Source: Thermoanaerobaculia bacterium (GTDB lineage: Bacteria > Acidobacteriota > Thermoanaerobaculia > Gp7-AA8). Taken from it: DNA of 63,193 nucleotides. The notes under the pieces were generated by a model that saw nothing but the letters and a program-made list of their open reading frames with translations, was not told the DNA's origin and searched no databases. Made by a program: the position numbers and the translations under genes. The number at the start of each line of letters is the position of its first letter. The stretch's first letter is position 1. Location of the stretch: contig DASWMP010000008.1 in NCBI GenBank assembly GCA_036399695.1, positions 1-63,193 on the forward strand. The letters are read 5' to 3'. Shown in pieces: positions 37,701 through 59,773 of the stretch.

Positions 37701-37835
37701 ATCGCGCTTGCCGACGATGTTGCGCCAGTATTCGTCGTAGTTCGCCGCGCCCGGAAACCTGCACGACATGCCCACGATGGCAATGTCGACAGCCGGACGG
37801 ACGTCCCCGCCGTTTCGCTTCTCTTCTGGATTCAT
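22710..37835 (-). CDS. trans-AT (AT-less) modular polyketide synthase, 5041 aa, starting directly with a KS
   Basis: Single 15.1-kb ORF. Domain order N->C: KS (37790-36495, DTACSSS Cys 37278-37280); DH (about 35980-35200; IRDHVV..LPGVMHLE, HPSIMDGVFQ); KR (about 35050-33900; GGNGGLG, SDYASANSFLD); ACP (GLDSA, Ser 33522-33524); DH-like domain with His but Thr in place of the catalytic Asp (33330-32530); ACP (GVTSV, Ser 32340-32342); ACP (GVNSV, Ser 31995-31997). Then KS (31745-30467, Cys 31230-31232); DH (about 29930-29100); KR (about 28900-27800); C-methyltransferase (about 27400-26560; LELGAGTGG 27009-27035, VLHAT, LLEGWW); ACP (FDSIS, Ser 26238-26240); ACP (Ser 25899-25901). Then KS (25575-24262, ETACSSS Cys 25056-25058); DH (about 23730-22900); tail of about 55 aa. 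All three KS keep Cys-His-His. There is no AT domain. Confidence 0.95.
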   Translation of the reverse strand: MNPEEKRNGGDVRPAVDIAIVGMSCRFPGAANYDEYWRNIVGKRDSIREVPADRWDWRRYFGDPRVEANKTNVKWGGFIDDVDKFDPLFFGIAPNEAAFIDPQHRLFLETAWHAVEDAGYSVASLSGRTIGVYAGVSKNDYSELMRESRHDIAPYISTGTVHSILANRVSYLFNLRGRSEAVDTACSSSLVALHNAIRDITTGECEAAIVGGVNTLLTPTMFISHSKSGMLSPDGRCNTFSASANGYVRSEGVGVLFIKRLDHAVRDRDHIHAVIRSSAINHGGRSNFLTAPSTDAQAAVVREAWRRAGIDPRSIGYIETHGTGTPLGDPIEINGLKKAFAELVRELPLQAGDDTRRCALSAVKTNVGHLESASGVAGIVKVVMALKHRTIPPVRSFDRINPYIELDGSPFYVAVDAAPWDTSEAPRRAGVSSFGMGGVNAHVVLEEAPIVAADPETEERPYVFPLSAKKGRLHAYAASMADYFAAREHGDSAARLSPRDVAYTLQSGRDAFDERLAVVASSIEEVAETLRGYVAGGEGTKPGIVLHASGDRQTPDASLATRWVQGEAIDWTDAASPARRLPLPTYPFARKRCWFTEAGGARPSKAIVPEPVKHEPAPGATSVVLRRADFFIRDHVVQHRPMLPGVMHLELARAAAATKLGNGVQVLENVYWIAPVVIEAGDVQVELRLTPQQDKVSFELVQGQTVHSKGVVAVRPAEPGRRRTVDLAAVRARCSSRGAKTDLYALFERHGLAYGSTFQVLDECVHNDREILAEVTLPDALRGDAQGYVLHPSIMDGVFQAVTALTLLGLRRQGRQFVPFFLETAEVFKAVEERCFVHATVSTAGSPDGNGTAFDATLVDANGNVLVELRNFQKRPLAERPATAPAERRGDIYYRPVWTRSDPAAQPGVAAKTLVLFAQDVETAESFARCGGYERVVLVRPPAAYGTNGTNGTARTDEVSGSTELEPAVYELDPRDRAGYERLLQELAAQGISVSRIAHLWGMNAGGAGDASAALDATIFSVLYLTQAALKAKLRERVQFVYVHPLGHDFTRAVHATVGGFARTLKYENPNFDYVTLGVDGLSADELARTVSLELAAAADAPALREVLYRGGERHVRRIVHEAAQGGDAAAPLLKRKGVYVVAGGNGGLGSVFTRHLASTYGATVLWLGRSAMTDAIAAKIADIESAGGKCHYFSVDITDRDALAAVLAEIKTVHPAIDGVIHAAGVIEDAFILRKQHDSFARVLAPKIEGALNLDDLTRDEPLDFFVVFSSIAAVMPNQGQSDYASANSFLDSFTQVRNELAAEQRRSGVSLAINWPLWAQGGMRVTAEEERHLLRVFGMKPLPTADGVAIFETALALAKQTFPETHQLIALDGDKAKIERCLGLDQPVRVAQAQPEAEAPLARLQRELKTIFAGYLGLAPNAIAGGRTLGELGLDSAALLGVTNDVNKHFGADLKPTLFFDLDTVDKLAAHLIAIGKAEPVAANGDVARWNRSLIDVDRSDRQQLRFSRVFKTAEFYLRDHVVDGQYNMPGACYVEMARQAADLVLGTGVARRLTHNYWASPLSSPAEDFSAHVQITKKDDQLAYEVVSFGPDGEKRLHAMGQVTPGDPAKAADSRIDVAVVTARCDETRYPAQVYGQIRGEGLIVGTTFQPMQQISLSDTEALGKLVLPAEVAGTIDDYVLHPALLTGAFQTALVSNKRSSGNDRWYVPIGMDDLEVLAPIPAECYVYCRPRPANLRNEEMRKFDLDVCRMDGEVVVRLTGFAIRALKQGAAAAHGARVVQSASRTPLAEGVLATAAQELIRSLVAGPIGLAADEIDFSVQFDDYGVTSVMVVELNQSFEEVFGPLPKTLFFEYRNITELAGYFVLHHADVLTRGAEKPAPAAEITPVAQPAMGPMGPMEPMGAGEQLDDRARAYFRSLIAPSIGVAEGELDVQTGFDQYGVNSVMVVELNEIFEHVFGPLSKTLFFEYRTIDELSAYFLDMHREKLLAALPAVPVSERRVVATQSEPEQHDGARAPEAVSSARQNQDDIAIVSAAGRFPGARNLDELWDVLREGRDCITEIPAGRFDYRKYYDADPEQNGIYGKWGGFIDDVDRFDAGFFNISPREAELIDPQERLLLEVVWEMLERAGYTPNRLRTLAGGRVGVFVGALWQPYESAGVEATLSGTPIAPSSLLYSIPNRISYYLDLAGPSMAIDTACSSSLTALHVACQSIREGESQSAIVAGVNLSLTNSKYLFLSRGRFLSTDGRCRSYGAGGDGYVPGEGVCSLLLKPLAGAVADGDSILAVIKGSAINHGGRTNGYTVPSPKAQGNVIAEALKRGGVDPRTISYIDGHGTGTSLGDPIELAGLEKALGLGGDDSRECAIGSIKSNIGHLEAAAGVASIVKVILQMQHGQLAPTLHTEQLNPNIDFQRSRFQVQRELAPWPRPAQLPRRAGVSSFGAGGSNAHVILEEYAGSPAPALSRDYDAARPALFVFSARTENRLLALVRNFESYLGAVSADQLHDIAYTLQAGREAMRERLAVVASSMKELRTALAAILDGKQPENSRRGRVAVRGKGGNRTSAPGVEVIASWWKEQSLARIAEAWTEGLEIDWAPLYGDRRYRCLPLPAYPFARDRYWLDTAPSTVTAVHAGAAPAMLHPLLHRNTSDLDVQRYGSTLTGEEFFLVDHRVAADGCGAERVLPGVAYLEMARAAIEQATPVRPEASVLELVNNVWSQPLVVTAETEVSIALSENEEGEIEYEIYSHGGDTDVVHCQGRAAWRPESAPELLDVAGLQQRMQQGTVRADNIYEAFAQKGLMLGPSFRGIRSLNLGQNELLAHLTLPEKVRESAAEYVLHPSMMDSALQGSLGLIDGWSASELRLPFALESVQIVSRCAGDMMAWVRFAPGSHQRDRVVKIDVDICDAQGRLCVRVKGFAARARERRGVEAGAKATMQPMAPVGQIGPVRTPSVPLVPSFPVATGGAVTLAAVWNAVQPEFTESLSGERVVVIGGRAGIAGAELINIDGSATIDEIAAQLQGTRIDHLCWILPPTSAGDAESFIRAQEHGVLFGFRLIKALLRDGYGAGELAWTVITNATQQVRRGEAIDPAHASVRGLLGSMAKEYRNWNVRLVDVDGDVPWTDVARLPFDARGDGWAHRDGQWYRELLVECASAPAPQPKFRPEGAYVVIGGAGGVGEVLSEYLIANYDARVAWIGRREKDASIAAAQERVVRGRGERPFYIAADATSREELERARELILERYNRIDGVIHSAIVLIDKSLANMTEEQFRAALAAKVDVSVRLAQVFGQDPLDFVLYFSSLQSFLKAPGQSNYAAGCTFTDAFADWQSATAAYPVKVMQWGYWGSVGVVAAPEHQERMARMGWGSLEAEEAMAGLEQLLSGPLDRAGLLRTNGPEALRALGVSEGEALTVARQDAPSVSATLLAERDVREWPPSWQQERQELDAMLVKLLAAEMATLGSNPAGAVAATPAGIISAYERWTQETLRLLAAHGASLDATADAGQLWREWEQETGRWSEAHPGMQAHVKLVDATMRSLRPILRGERRATDVIFPSSSLDLVGAVYKNNSVADYFNGVMADVVGWYVEERGAREDASLNLRLLELGAGTGGSSEGLLRKLDDYRPHVREYCYSDVSKWFLVHGENAYGAGRDYLRYAVVDVEKSLDEQGVERGAYDVVLAANVLHATQRMRDTLRNAKAALKKNGILVLNEISTNSAFMHLTFGLLEGWWAYADPELRIEGSPGLTDTSWKAVLEEEGFGHVSFPAHGAYGLGQQIIIAESNGVIRHKRRATVPVTAPVTASLPMGPISPVSPIGTIAPAPAQSGAPNEAALLPKIESWLAEAVVLLLKVKREDVDPDAELSEFGFDSISLTGLANHVNQAFGLALMPTVFFEHPTVRAFAAHLAKTHGAKLVEKLLGRTAAPAMPVPQTARVVGSEAPRDRAELRESIEKWLVDAVGTLLKVKKEDVDLDAELSEFGFDSISLTGFANHVNRACGLELMPTIFFEHPTVRAFARYLAEHHAERLVEKLGLSVSRERPMGPMGPMGPMGRSEAPAPVAARDARLGRKRGRAQAAATTATTAAAAPAPQHAEPIAIIGMSGRFPGADDLHAFWANLLAGRQSVVEIPKSRWDWEALYADEKEDGNRSSVKWGAFMDGVDEFDPLFFGISPREAERMDPQHRLTMMYGWKAFEDAGYGPKQLWGSRTGVFIGTANTGYGELLLTHDGTGIEGYTATGLVPSVGPNRLSYLLNLHGPSEPVETACSSSLVAVHRAVRAILADDCDMALVGGVNTLFPTLHVSFNKAGMLSPDGKCKTFSSRADGYARGEGVGMVVLKKLSAAERDGDHIYALIRGSAENHGGRAQSLTAPNPQAQAELIKDAYRRAGVNPASVSYIEAHGTGTPLGDPIEINGLTSAFRSLHEELGEAPATGYCGLGSVKTNIGHLELAAGAAGLIKIILQMQHRTLVRSLHCEEINPYIHLEDTPFYLVRENQPWRPLKDGAGRARPLLAGVSSFGFGGVNAHVVVEEYAGGAVQSPATTGPAVIVLSAKDGERLKEQAVNLRQAIARGDVQASDLAAAAYTLQIGREAMDHRLAFTAGSLDELETKLGAFLDGKSGIDGLYRGEVRRNSETLALFRGDEELREAVGKWLERGKWAKLLELWVKGLEIEWEQLYRGEKPRRVSLPTYPFAKERCWIDPVVNVQVASSAAVEVLHPLLHRNTSDLSEQRFTTTFNGTEFFLTDHQVRTNGQTRAVLPGVAYLEMARAAIVQASPASAAGSVLELQNIVWLKPIVVTGAATVSIALVANGANRIDFEIYSLAGEQETLHCQGQGLFSPDAAVRAIDLVRLAGEMRDGQLDAAEVYELFGRMGLEYGPAHQGITSIRFGEQQLLAQLRLPAGVAGSQQDYVLHPSLMDSALQASLGLFVDFDHLPGKPSVPFAVESVRILAEPSAEMVAWLRYGKNGTSTVDLDLCDPQGNVRVQVRGLASRALESETKSPFPPATAGRIPIKANRQPEATVDLAFYETLLADVVSRKVSVDDAADLG
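25696..25731. repeat. 9-bp microsatellite, 4 copies (plus strand CCCATNGGN) in an ACP-KS linker
   Basis: cccatcggt cccatgggt cccataggg cccataggt. Translated as PMGPMGPMGPMG. Confidence 0.9.
26391..26435. repeat. 9-bp microsatellite, 5 degenerate copies in the MT-ACP linker
   Basis: gatggtacc gatgggact gacaggact gataggacc catgggaag. Translated as LPMGPISPVSPIGTI. Confidence 0.8.
28960..29022. repeat. 9-bp microsatellite, 3 good and about 4 degenerate copies in a DH-KR linker
   Basis: gatgggacc aatgggaca gatggggtt ctcacaggt ccgatctgt ccgacaggt gccattggt. Translated as PMAPVGQIGPVRTPSVPLVPS. Confidence 0.75.
32119..32154. repeat. 9-bp microsatellite, 4 copies in the ACP-ACP linker
   Basis: cccataggt tccataggt cccataggt cccatggcg. 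Translated as AMGPMGPMEPMG. Confidence 0.9.
34978..35004. repeat. 9-bp microsatellite, 3 copies in a DH-KR linker
   Basis: gtcccattg gtcccattg gtcccatac. Translated in a different frame as YGTNGTNGT. Confidence 0.9.
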
Positions 37836-37911
37836 GTGGATTCAGCCTGCCTGTCGGGCAATGAGTGGGAGATACGACCGGGAGCGCCCCCGGCGGGCGG
37901 CCCCGATCGTT

Positions 37912-38658
37912 CTACTTCGACGCTATGGCGACGTCGGCTCTTTCCTGGATCGAGGGGTAGCGGGCCTGCTGCCACCGCGGGTTGTCGAGGTACTTCTGCA
38001 GCGGGTGAAGCAGTCTGTACTGCGCGCGGGGGGCGAAGCGGTTGAACATGAAGTATGGGAGGCCCATGTCCACGTTCATGCGGTTCTCCACTTCCACCTG
38101 CCCGTTATCGAGCGGCGTGAAGCTCCACGTGTTGTGCATGTGCGAGACGCGGTAGCAGCAATCGTTCTGTGGGAGATCGTCCGGCATGGCCATGAAATCA
38201 ATCAGGACGGCTTTCGTGACCGGGTTCTGTGTCGCACGCGCTTTGATGAGCACTTCGCGGGCATCAAAGGGGCCGCGGGCGCGGAGGCGGAAGAGGTGGA
38301 TGTAGGAGAGGTCCTGCGAGTTCCAGGGCTGGATGGCCGCGATGCTTTTACAGCTCGGGAACCAGGTCGAGCAGTCCTCGCTCGACGTCTGCATCATCGA
38401 GTCGACGGCCGCGTTCATCGTCGTGCGGACGCGCGTGACGCCGCGGACGCGCTGCACTACATCGCCTGGCGCCTTGAGCGTGTAAATCGTCACGCCGTTC
38501 TTGTCGATCACCTTTTCCCACTTATTGGAGCCCGAATACTTCCAGGCGAAATGGGCCCCGGTGGCGAGCACCATCAGGACGACGGCTGCAATGAACAGAA
38601 ACCGGGCTGCTTTGGCCATGAAACCGCGACGTTTTGTACCGCTGTTCTCAGTTGTCAC
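37912..38658 (-). CDS. membrane-anchored START/SRPBCC-like lipid-binding protein, 248 aa
   Basis: ORF with a GTG start preceded by a strong Shine-Dalgarno sequence (AAGGAGG, 5-nt spacer). An N-terminal hydrophobic helix (AARFLFIAAVVLMVLATGAHFAW) is followed by a START-like pattern: W-K..W-E-K-V..K-N-G-V-T-I-Y...G..RV.G...V......V.....W. The assignment is by pattern recall only, not by search. Confidence 0.6.
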   Translation of the reverse strand: MTTENSGTKRRGFMAKAARFLFIAAVVLMVLATGAHFAWKYSGSNKWEKVIDKNGVTIYTLKAPGDVVQRVRGVTRVRTTMNAAVDSMMQTSSEDCSTWFPSCKSIAAIQPWNSQDLSYIHLFRLRARGPFDAREVLIKARATQNPVTKAVLIDFMAMPDDLPQNDCCYRVSHMHNTWSFTPLDNGQVEVENRMNVDMGLPYFMFNRFAPRAQYRLLHPLQKYLDNPRWQQARYPSIQERADVAIASK

Positions 38659-38663
38659 TGTTG

Positions 38664-38670
38664 CCTCCTT
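38664..38670 (-). promoter_or_regulatory. Shine-Dalgarno sequence AAGGAGG for the START-like gene
   Basis: The minus strand reads AAGGAGG-CAACA-GTG. Confidence 0.65.
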
Positions 38671-38728
38671 GCAATCAGACGATTCGAAATCGTGTCCGCG
38701 GCAGCGAGTACGCCGCGCGGACGGTCAA

Positions 38729-40075
38729 TTAGTGCGCGAGTAGACGTCCGGCCAGGTACTTGCCGAGACAGATCAGCGTGAAACTCGGGGCGATCTTCAC
38801 GTCTGCCGGAATGACCGAGCCGTCACATACGTGCAGGTTCCGGATTTCCGTTTCGAGGTTGGAGCTCAGGTGCTCTTTGATGCGGATCGTGCCGCCGATG
38901 TGCGAGGCTGCCGGCTGCGACTTGAAGATGTCTTTCGCGCCCGCGCGCTGCAGGATCTGGCGGGCGATCTCTTCTCCCCGCTTCAGCTTGGACTGATCCT
39001 CGGCGGTGAACTGCTTGTAATACCGGCCGTCCTCGCGCAGACCGCCGCCCAGGCCTTCCTTCACCATCACGCCGATGCCGATGCTGCTCGCGTGGCGGAA
39101 GGCACGGATCCACTGGCGGCTGCTGAGCATGAACATCTTGAACAGCTTGCGAGGAAAGTTCGCGTCGCCGACGCCGATGTTGTCTTCGAGGACGGGGCCC
39201 ATGCTGGCCACGAAACTTTTGCCTGCTTTCAGCCCCGGCACGTAGCCGAACAGGCCGAACCCGGGATGGCAATAGAAGCCGTTATTGAGGACGCTGCGGA
39301 TGCCGCTGTCCCGCAGAATGATCGGCGAGGCCGCGGAGCCGGCGGAGAGCACGACCTTCGGTGCGTAGGCCTTCCGGACCTCGACCTCCTTCTTCGACTT
39401 GCGGACCTCGTACTCCACACCGACCGCGCTCTGGTTGGCCGACAGCACCTTCAGGACCCTCGCGCGGTTGACGAGCGTCGCACCGTTCTGCACGGCTTCT
39501 TCGACGTAGCTCCGTGCGTTCCATTTCGCGTCCGGCGTATACCCGTCCGCGCATTTGGCCAGGTCGATGAGCATCGAGCTCTTCGGCCAGGGATAGCCGC
39601 AATCCATCGCGCTCTGCCGCAGTCGAAGGGACTGCGAACCGAGCAACTCGTCCGGGATGACGGACAGCGGCAGTTCCCGCTTCGCGTCTTCGACGGCGCC
39701 CGAGAGATCGACGCCCAGCGCCTGGAACTTATCGAGCGGCGGGAAATCGGCGATGGCGAAGTACAGCGATGTCGTGCCGCCGGTCGTGAACGCCCTCGGC
39801 GCCACGAGATTGTCACTGACGGAAACCGCACTGAAGATCCCCGCCGTTGCAAGCGACCCTTCCTGCACTTTGGCATTGCCGCCGCGCTCGAGGATCAGTA
39901 CCCGCTTTTTGCCTTTGCTCAATTCTCTTGCGATCGTGGCGCCGGAGGGCCCGGACCCCACCACGATGGCATCGAATTCGCTGCTATGAGATTGCTCGTT
40001 CAACTGTGATCTCCAATGGATTGCACGTACAGGCGGAGAGTGTCTGTGTGCGATGAAGTGGTGTAGGACAGACAC
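38729..40075 (-). CDS. GMC-family FAD-dependent oxidoreductase, 448 aa as the maximal ORF
   Basis: N-terminal Rossmann motif FDAIVVGSGPSGATIARELS..VLILERGG. C-terminal GMC-type region ASHIGGTIRI...LHVCDGSVIP. The annotated GTG at 40075 lies inside a palindromic repeat element and has no usable spacer to a Shine-Dalgarno sequence. A TTG at 40003 (..TGGAGATCACAG-TTG-AAC..) is a plausible alternative start 12 aa before the FAD motif. Confidence 0.8.
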   Translation of the reverse strand: MSVLHHFIAHRHSPPVRAIHWRSQLNEQSHSSEFDAIVVGSGPSGATIARELSKGKKRVLILERGGNAKVQEGSLATAGIFSAVSVSDNLVAPRAFTTGGTTSLYFAIADFPPLDKFQALGVDLSGAVEDAKRELPLSVIPDELLGSQSLRLRQSAMDCGYPWPKSSMLIDLAKCADGYTPDAKWNARSYVEEAVQNGATLVNRARVLKVLSANQSAVGVEYEVRKSKKEVEVRKAYAPKVVLSAGSAASPIILRDSGIRSVLNNGFYCHPGFGLFGYVPGLKAGKSFVASMGPVLEDNIGVGDANFPRKLFKMFMLSSRQWIRAFRHASSIGIGVMVKEGLGGGLREDGRYYKQFTAEDQSKLKRGEEIARQILQRAGAKDIFKSQPAASHIGGTIRIKEHLSSNLETEIRNLHVCDGSVIPADVKIAPSFTLICLGKYLAGRLLAH

Positions 40076-40138
40076 TCCTGTCTGTCCGCCCTGGACGCGG
40101 GCGGTGATAGACGGACAGACAAGAGTGTCTGTCCTACA
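40038..40138. repeat. family-2 palindromic element (77-bp unit plus an extra half-arm) in the MATE/GMC intergenic region
   Basis: TGTAGGACAGACACTC (40062-40077) and GAGTGTCTGTCCTACA (40123-40138) are perfect 16-nt inverted repeats. The internal arms CTGTCTGTCC and GGACAGACAA also pair. An extra GAGTGTCTGT lies at 40038-40047. Confidence 0.85.
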
Positions 40139-40147
40139 TGGACCGCC

Positions 40148-41473
40148 TCAGAACCGGACCGTCTTCCAGCGTCCGCTGGCCCAGATCATTGTGATGAGAA
40201 TCGTCGAGATCAGACCGTAGACGACCTGCACGAGAGAGATCTGCACAAGGCCGTAATGCAGATGAGGGCCAACGACCCAGACGGCCGGAAGGAACAGCAG
40301 CCATTGCGTGATGAACGAGACCAGCATCACGCGATTGCCGTCGCCGAGGCTGTAGAGGGTGTAGGCGAAGATCCAGATCAGGCTGCCGAAGCCGGCGGTG
40401 CCGCCGAGCAACTGAAACGGAACGACGGCGATTTCGATCGTCCGCGGATCATGCAGGAAGATCGAAAGGACTTGCCGGGGAAAGAAGATGAGCGGAAGGC
40501 CGAGGATGACGTTGATGATCACGCCCAGCTTCCCGGCGTCCCAGCCCCACTGAGCGGCACCCTCTACGTTGCCTTCGCCGACGGTCCTGGACACCAGTGT
40601 TGCAGACGCCTGACCGAGCGACGCGGCCACGATCAACAGGAGCATCGACATTCTGACCTGGACGTTCATCACCGCCAGTTCGGCCGTGCCGAGGCGGCCG
40701 ATCATCCAGAAGAAGACGATGTAGCCGAAGGAGAAGAAGAACTCCTGAACGTTTGCCGGCATCCCGAGCTTCATGATGCGGCCGAGCAGCGACAGGGCCG
40801 GCTTCACCGACAGGAAGCCTTGTCCCCGGAAACGGAGCGCGACGACCACCAGATTGATGATCAGACCGACGCAGAGGGCCGTCACCGTACCGACTGCCGC
40901 GCCCTGAGCGCCCATCTTCGGCGCGCCGAAATGGCCGAAGATCAGCGCGTAGTTCACCGAGATGTTCGTCACGTTCATCACGAGGATGATGAGCATGTAG
41001 ATCTTCGTCCGCTCGACGCCGGCCCAGAAGCCCTTGAACGCCATCAGCATCCCGACGACCGGCACTGCCAGATATCGCGTTCTGAGATACGGCACGCCGA
41101 TGACCGAGACTTCCGGATCGGAAGAGATCAGCGAGAAGAAGAACGGTGTGAACCGGTAGCAGAGAATCGCCAGGGGTAACCCGACACCGAGTCCGAGCAG
41201 CAGCCCGCCGTTGAGTGTCAGGCAGAGCGGCTCCTTCGAGCCTTCGCCCCGCCGGCGCGCGACGATGCCCTGCACCGCCGCCGCGATCCCGCCGACCAGC
41301 GCCAGGACCAGCGTGTTGCTGAACGCCGCCAACCCGACCGCGGCGATGGACTGATGCCCCAGCGTCCCGACCATCGCAATGTCGATGAGATCCATCATCA
41401 AGTTCGCGCTGATCGCAATGCTGAGCGGAAACGCCAGCTTGGATATCGTTTTGATTCTGTCTCTGGTGAGCAT
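40148..41473 (-). CDS. MATE-family multidrug/metabolite efflux transporter, 441 aa
   Basis: About 12 hydrophobic segments. The N-terminal pattern (KLAFPLSIAISANLMMDLIDIAMVGTLG) and the duplicated half-repeat (MKLGMPANVQEFFFSFGYIVFFWMIGRLG) are typical of NorM/DinF-like MATE proteins. The ATG is preceded by GGATAAGGAA. Confidence 0.85.
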   Translation of the reverse strand: MLTRDRIKTISKLAFPLSIAISANLMMDLIDIAMVGTLGHQSIAAVGLAAFSNTLVLALVGGIAAAVQGIVARRRGEGSKEPLCLTLNGGLLLGLGVGLPLAILCYRFTPFFFSLISSDPEVSVIGVPYLRTRYLAVPVVGMLMAFKGFWAGVERTKIYMLIILVMNVTNISVNYALIFGHFGAPKMGAQGAAVGTVTALCVGLIINLVVVALRFRGQGFLSVKPALSLLGRIMKLGMPANVQEFFFSFGYIVFFWMIGRLGTAELAVMNVQVRMSMLLLIVAASLGQASATLVSRTVGEGNVEGAAQWGWDAGKLGVIINVILGLPLIFFPRQVLSIFLHDPRTIEIAVVPFQLLGGTAGFGSLIWIFAYTLYSLGDGNRVMLVSFITQWLLFLPAVWVVGPHLHYGLVQISLVQVVYGLISTILITMIWASGRWKTVRF

Positions 41474-41479
41474 GAAAGG

Positions 41480-41485
41480 TTCCTT
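41480..41485 (-). promoter_or_regulatory. Shine-Dalgarno-like AAGGAA for the MATE gene
   Basis: The minus strand reads GGATAAGGAA-CCTTTC-ATG. Confidence 0.5.
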
Positions 41486-41572
41486 ATCCCTCGAGAGTGG
41501 ATTTCATCTGATGGAGTGGAGCACTCCTGTTTTGATGTGAGGTGGGTGTGAGCCGCTGAGCCGGTGGGCTGC

Positions 41573-59302
<17,730 letters not shown>

Positions 59303-59306
59303 GTGA

Positions 59307-59314
59307 CCTTCCTC
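59307..59314 (-). promoter_or_regulatory. Shine-Dalgarno-like GAGGAAGG for the main NRPS (supports the ATG at 59302)
   Basis: The minus strand reads GAGGAAGG-TCAC-ATG-GAA-ACC. Confidence 0.55.
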
Positions 59315-59394
59315 GAGATGACGCATCCGCCGGCCGGTTCGCCGGGGATGCCGGGTGAGTTGCTGAATGGGGGGAGTACGCCGCGGGCGGGAGG

Positions 59395-59773
59395 CTAAGT
59401 TTTGCGTGCCGGAGACAAAGCTTTGAGTCCCGGGGTCAAAGCTTTGAGTCGCGGAGTCAAAGCTTTGAGTCGTGGAGTCAAAGCTTTGAGTCGCGGAGTC
59501 AAAGCTTTGAGTCGTGGAGGCAAAGTTTTGACTCCCGGAGGCAAAGTTTTGAGTGGCGGAGTCAAAGTTTTGAGTGGCGGAGTCAAAGCTTTGACTCCCG
59601 AGGCAAAAGTTTTTGAGTCCCGAGGCAAAGCTTTGAGTCGCGGAGTCAAAGCTTTGAGTCGTGGAGTCAAAGTTTTGCGCCCTGAGTCAAAGTTTTGAGT
59701 GGCGGAGACAAAGTTTTGAGTGCGGGAGGCAAAGCGTTGGGTGCGAGGGTCAAAGCTTTGAGTCAAAGCGTTG
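59395..59773. repeat. tandem array of about 18 units of 21 bp, consensus TCAAAGCTTTGAGTCGYGGAG
   Basis: Read directly from the sequence. The units are head-to-tail, and each carries the 12-bp palindrome TCAAAGCTTTGA (variant TCAAAGTTTTGA). The array abuts the stop codon of the upstream NRPS relic and ends 93 nt upstream of the ATG at 59302. Confidence 0.95.

Noticed and set aside
81-37835. Embedded acyltransferase, enoylreductase or thioesterase domains in the PKS proteins
   Set aside because: I found no GHSxG/AFHS-type AT motifs, no ER Rossmann (LxHxxxGGVG) and no GxSxG thioesterase. The segments after each KS are the short flanking subdomains (..YTLQxGRExMxxRL..LPxYPF..) typical of trans-AT systems.
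59303-59326. An upstream ATG (MRHLEEGH-) as the start of the main NRPS
   Set aside because: The Shine-Dalgarno-like GAGGAAGG lies within these codons and serves the ATG at 59302. The paralogue begins at the equivalent Met. This is kept only as a possibility.
59395-59766. ORFs of 123 aa (minus strand) and 98 aa (plus strand, 59402-59698) encoding heptad repeats such as LKALTPR and KALSRGV
   Set aside because: They are open only because the 21-bp unit is a multiple of three and lacks stop codons in those frames. The minus-strand ORF starts at a TTG (59764-59766) and I saw no Shine-Dalgarno sequence before it. Both strands are open, which is a hallmark of repeat artefacts.
59395-59773. A CRISPR array
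   Set aside because: The units are contiguous with no unique spacers, the 21-bp unit is shorter than CRISPR repeats, and there are no cas genes in the window.
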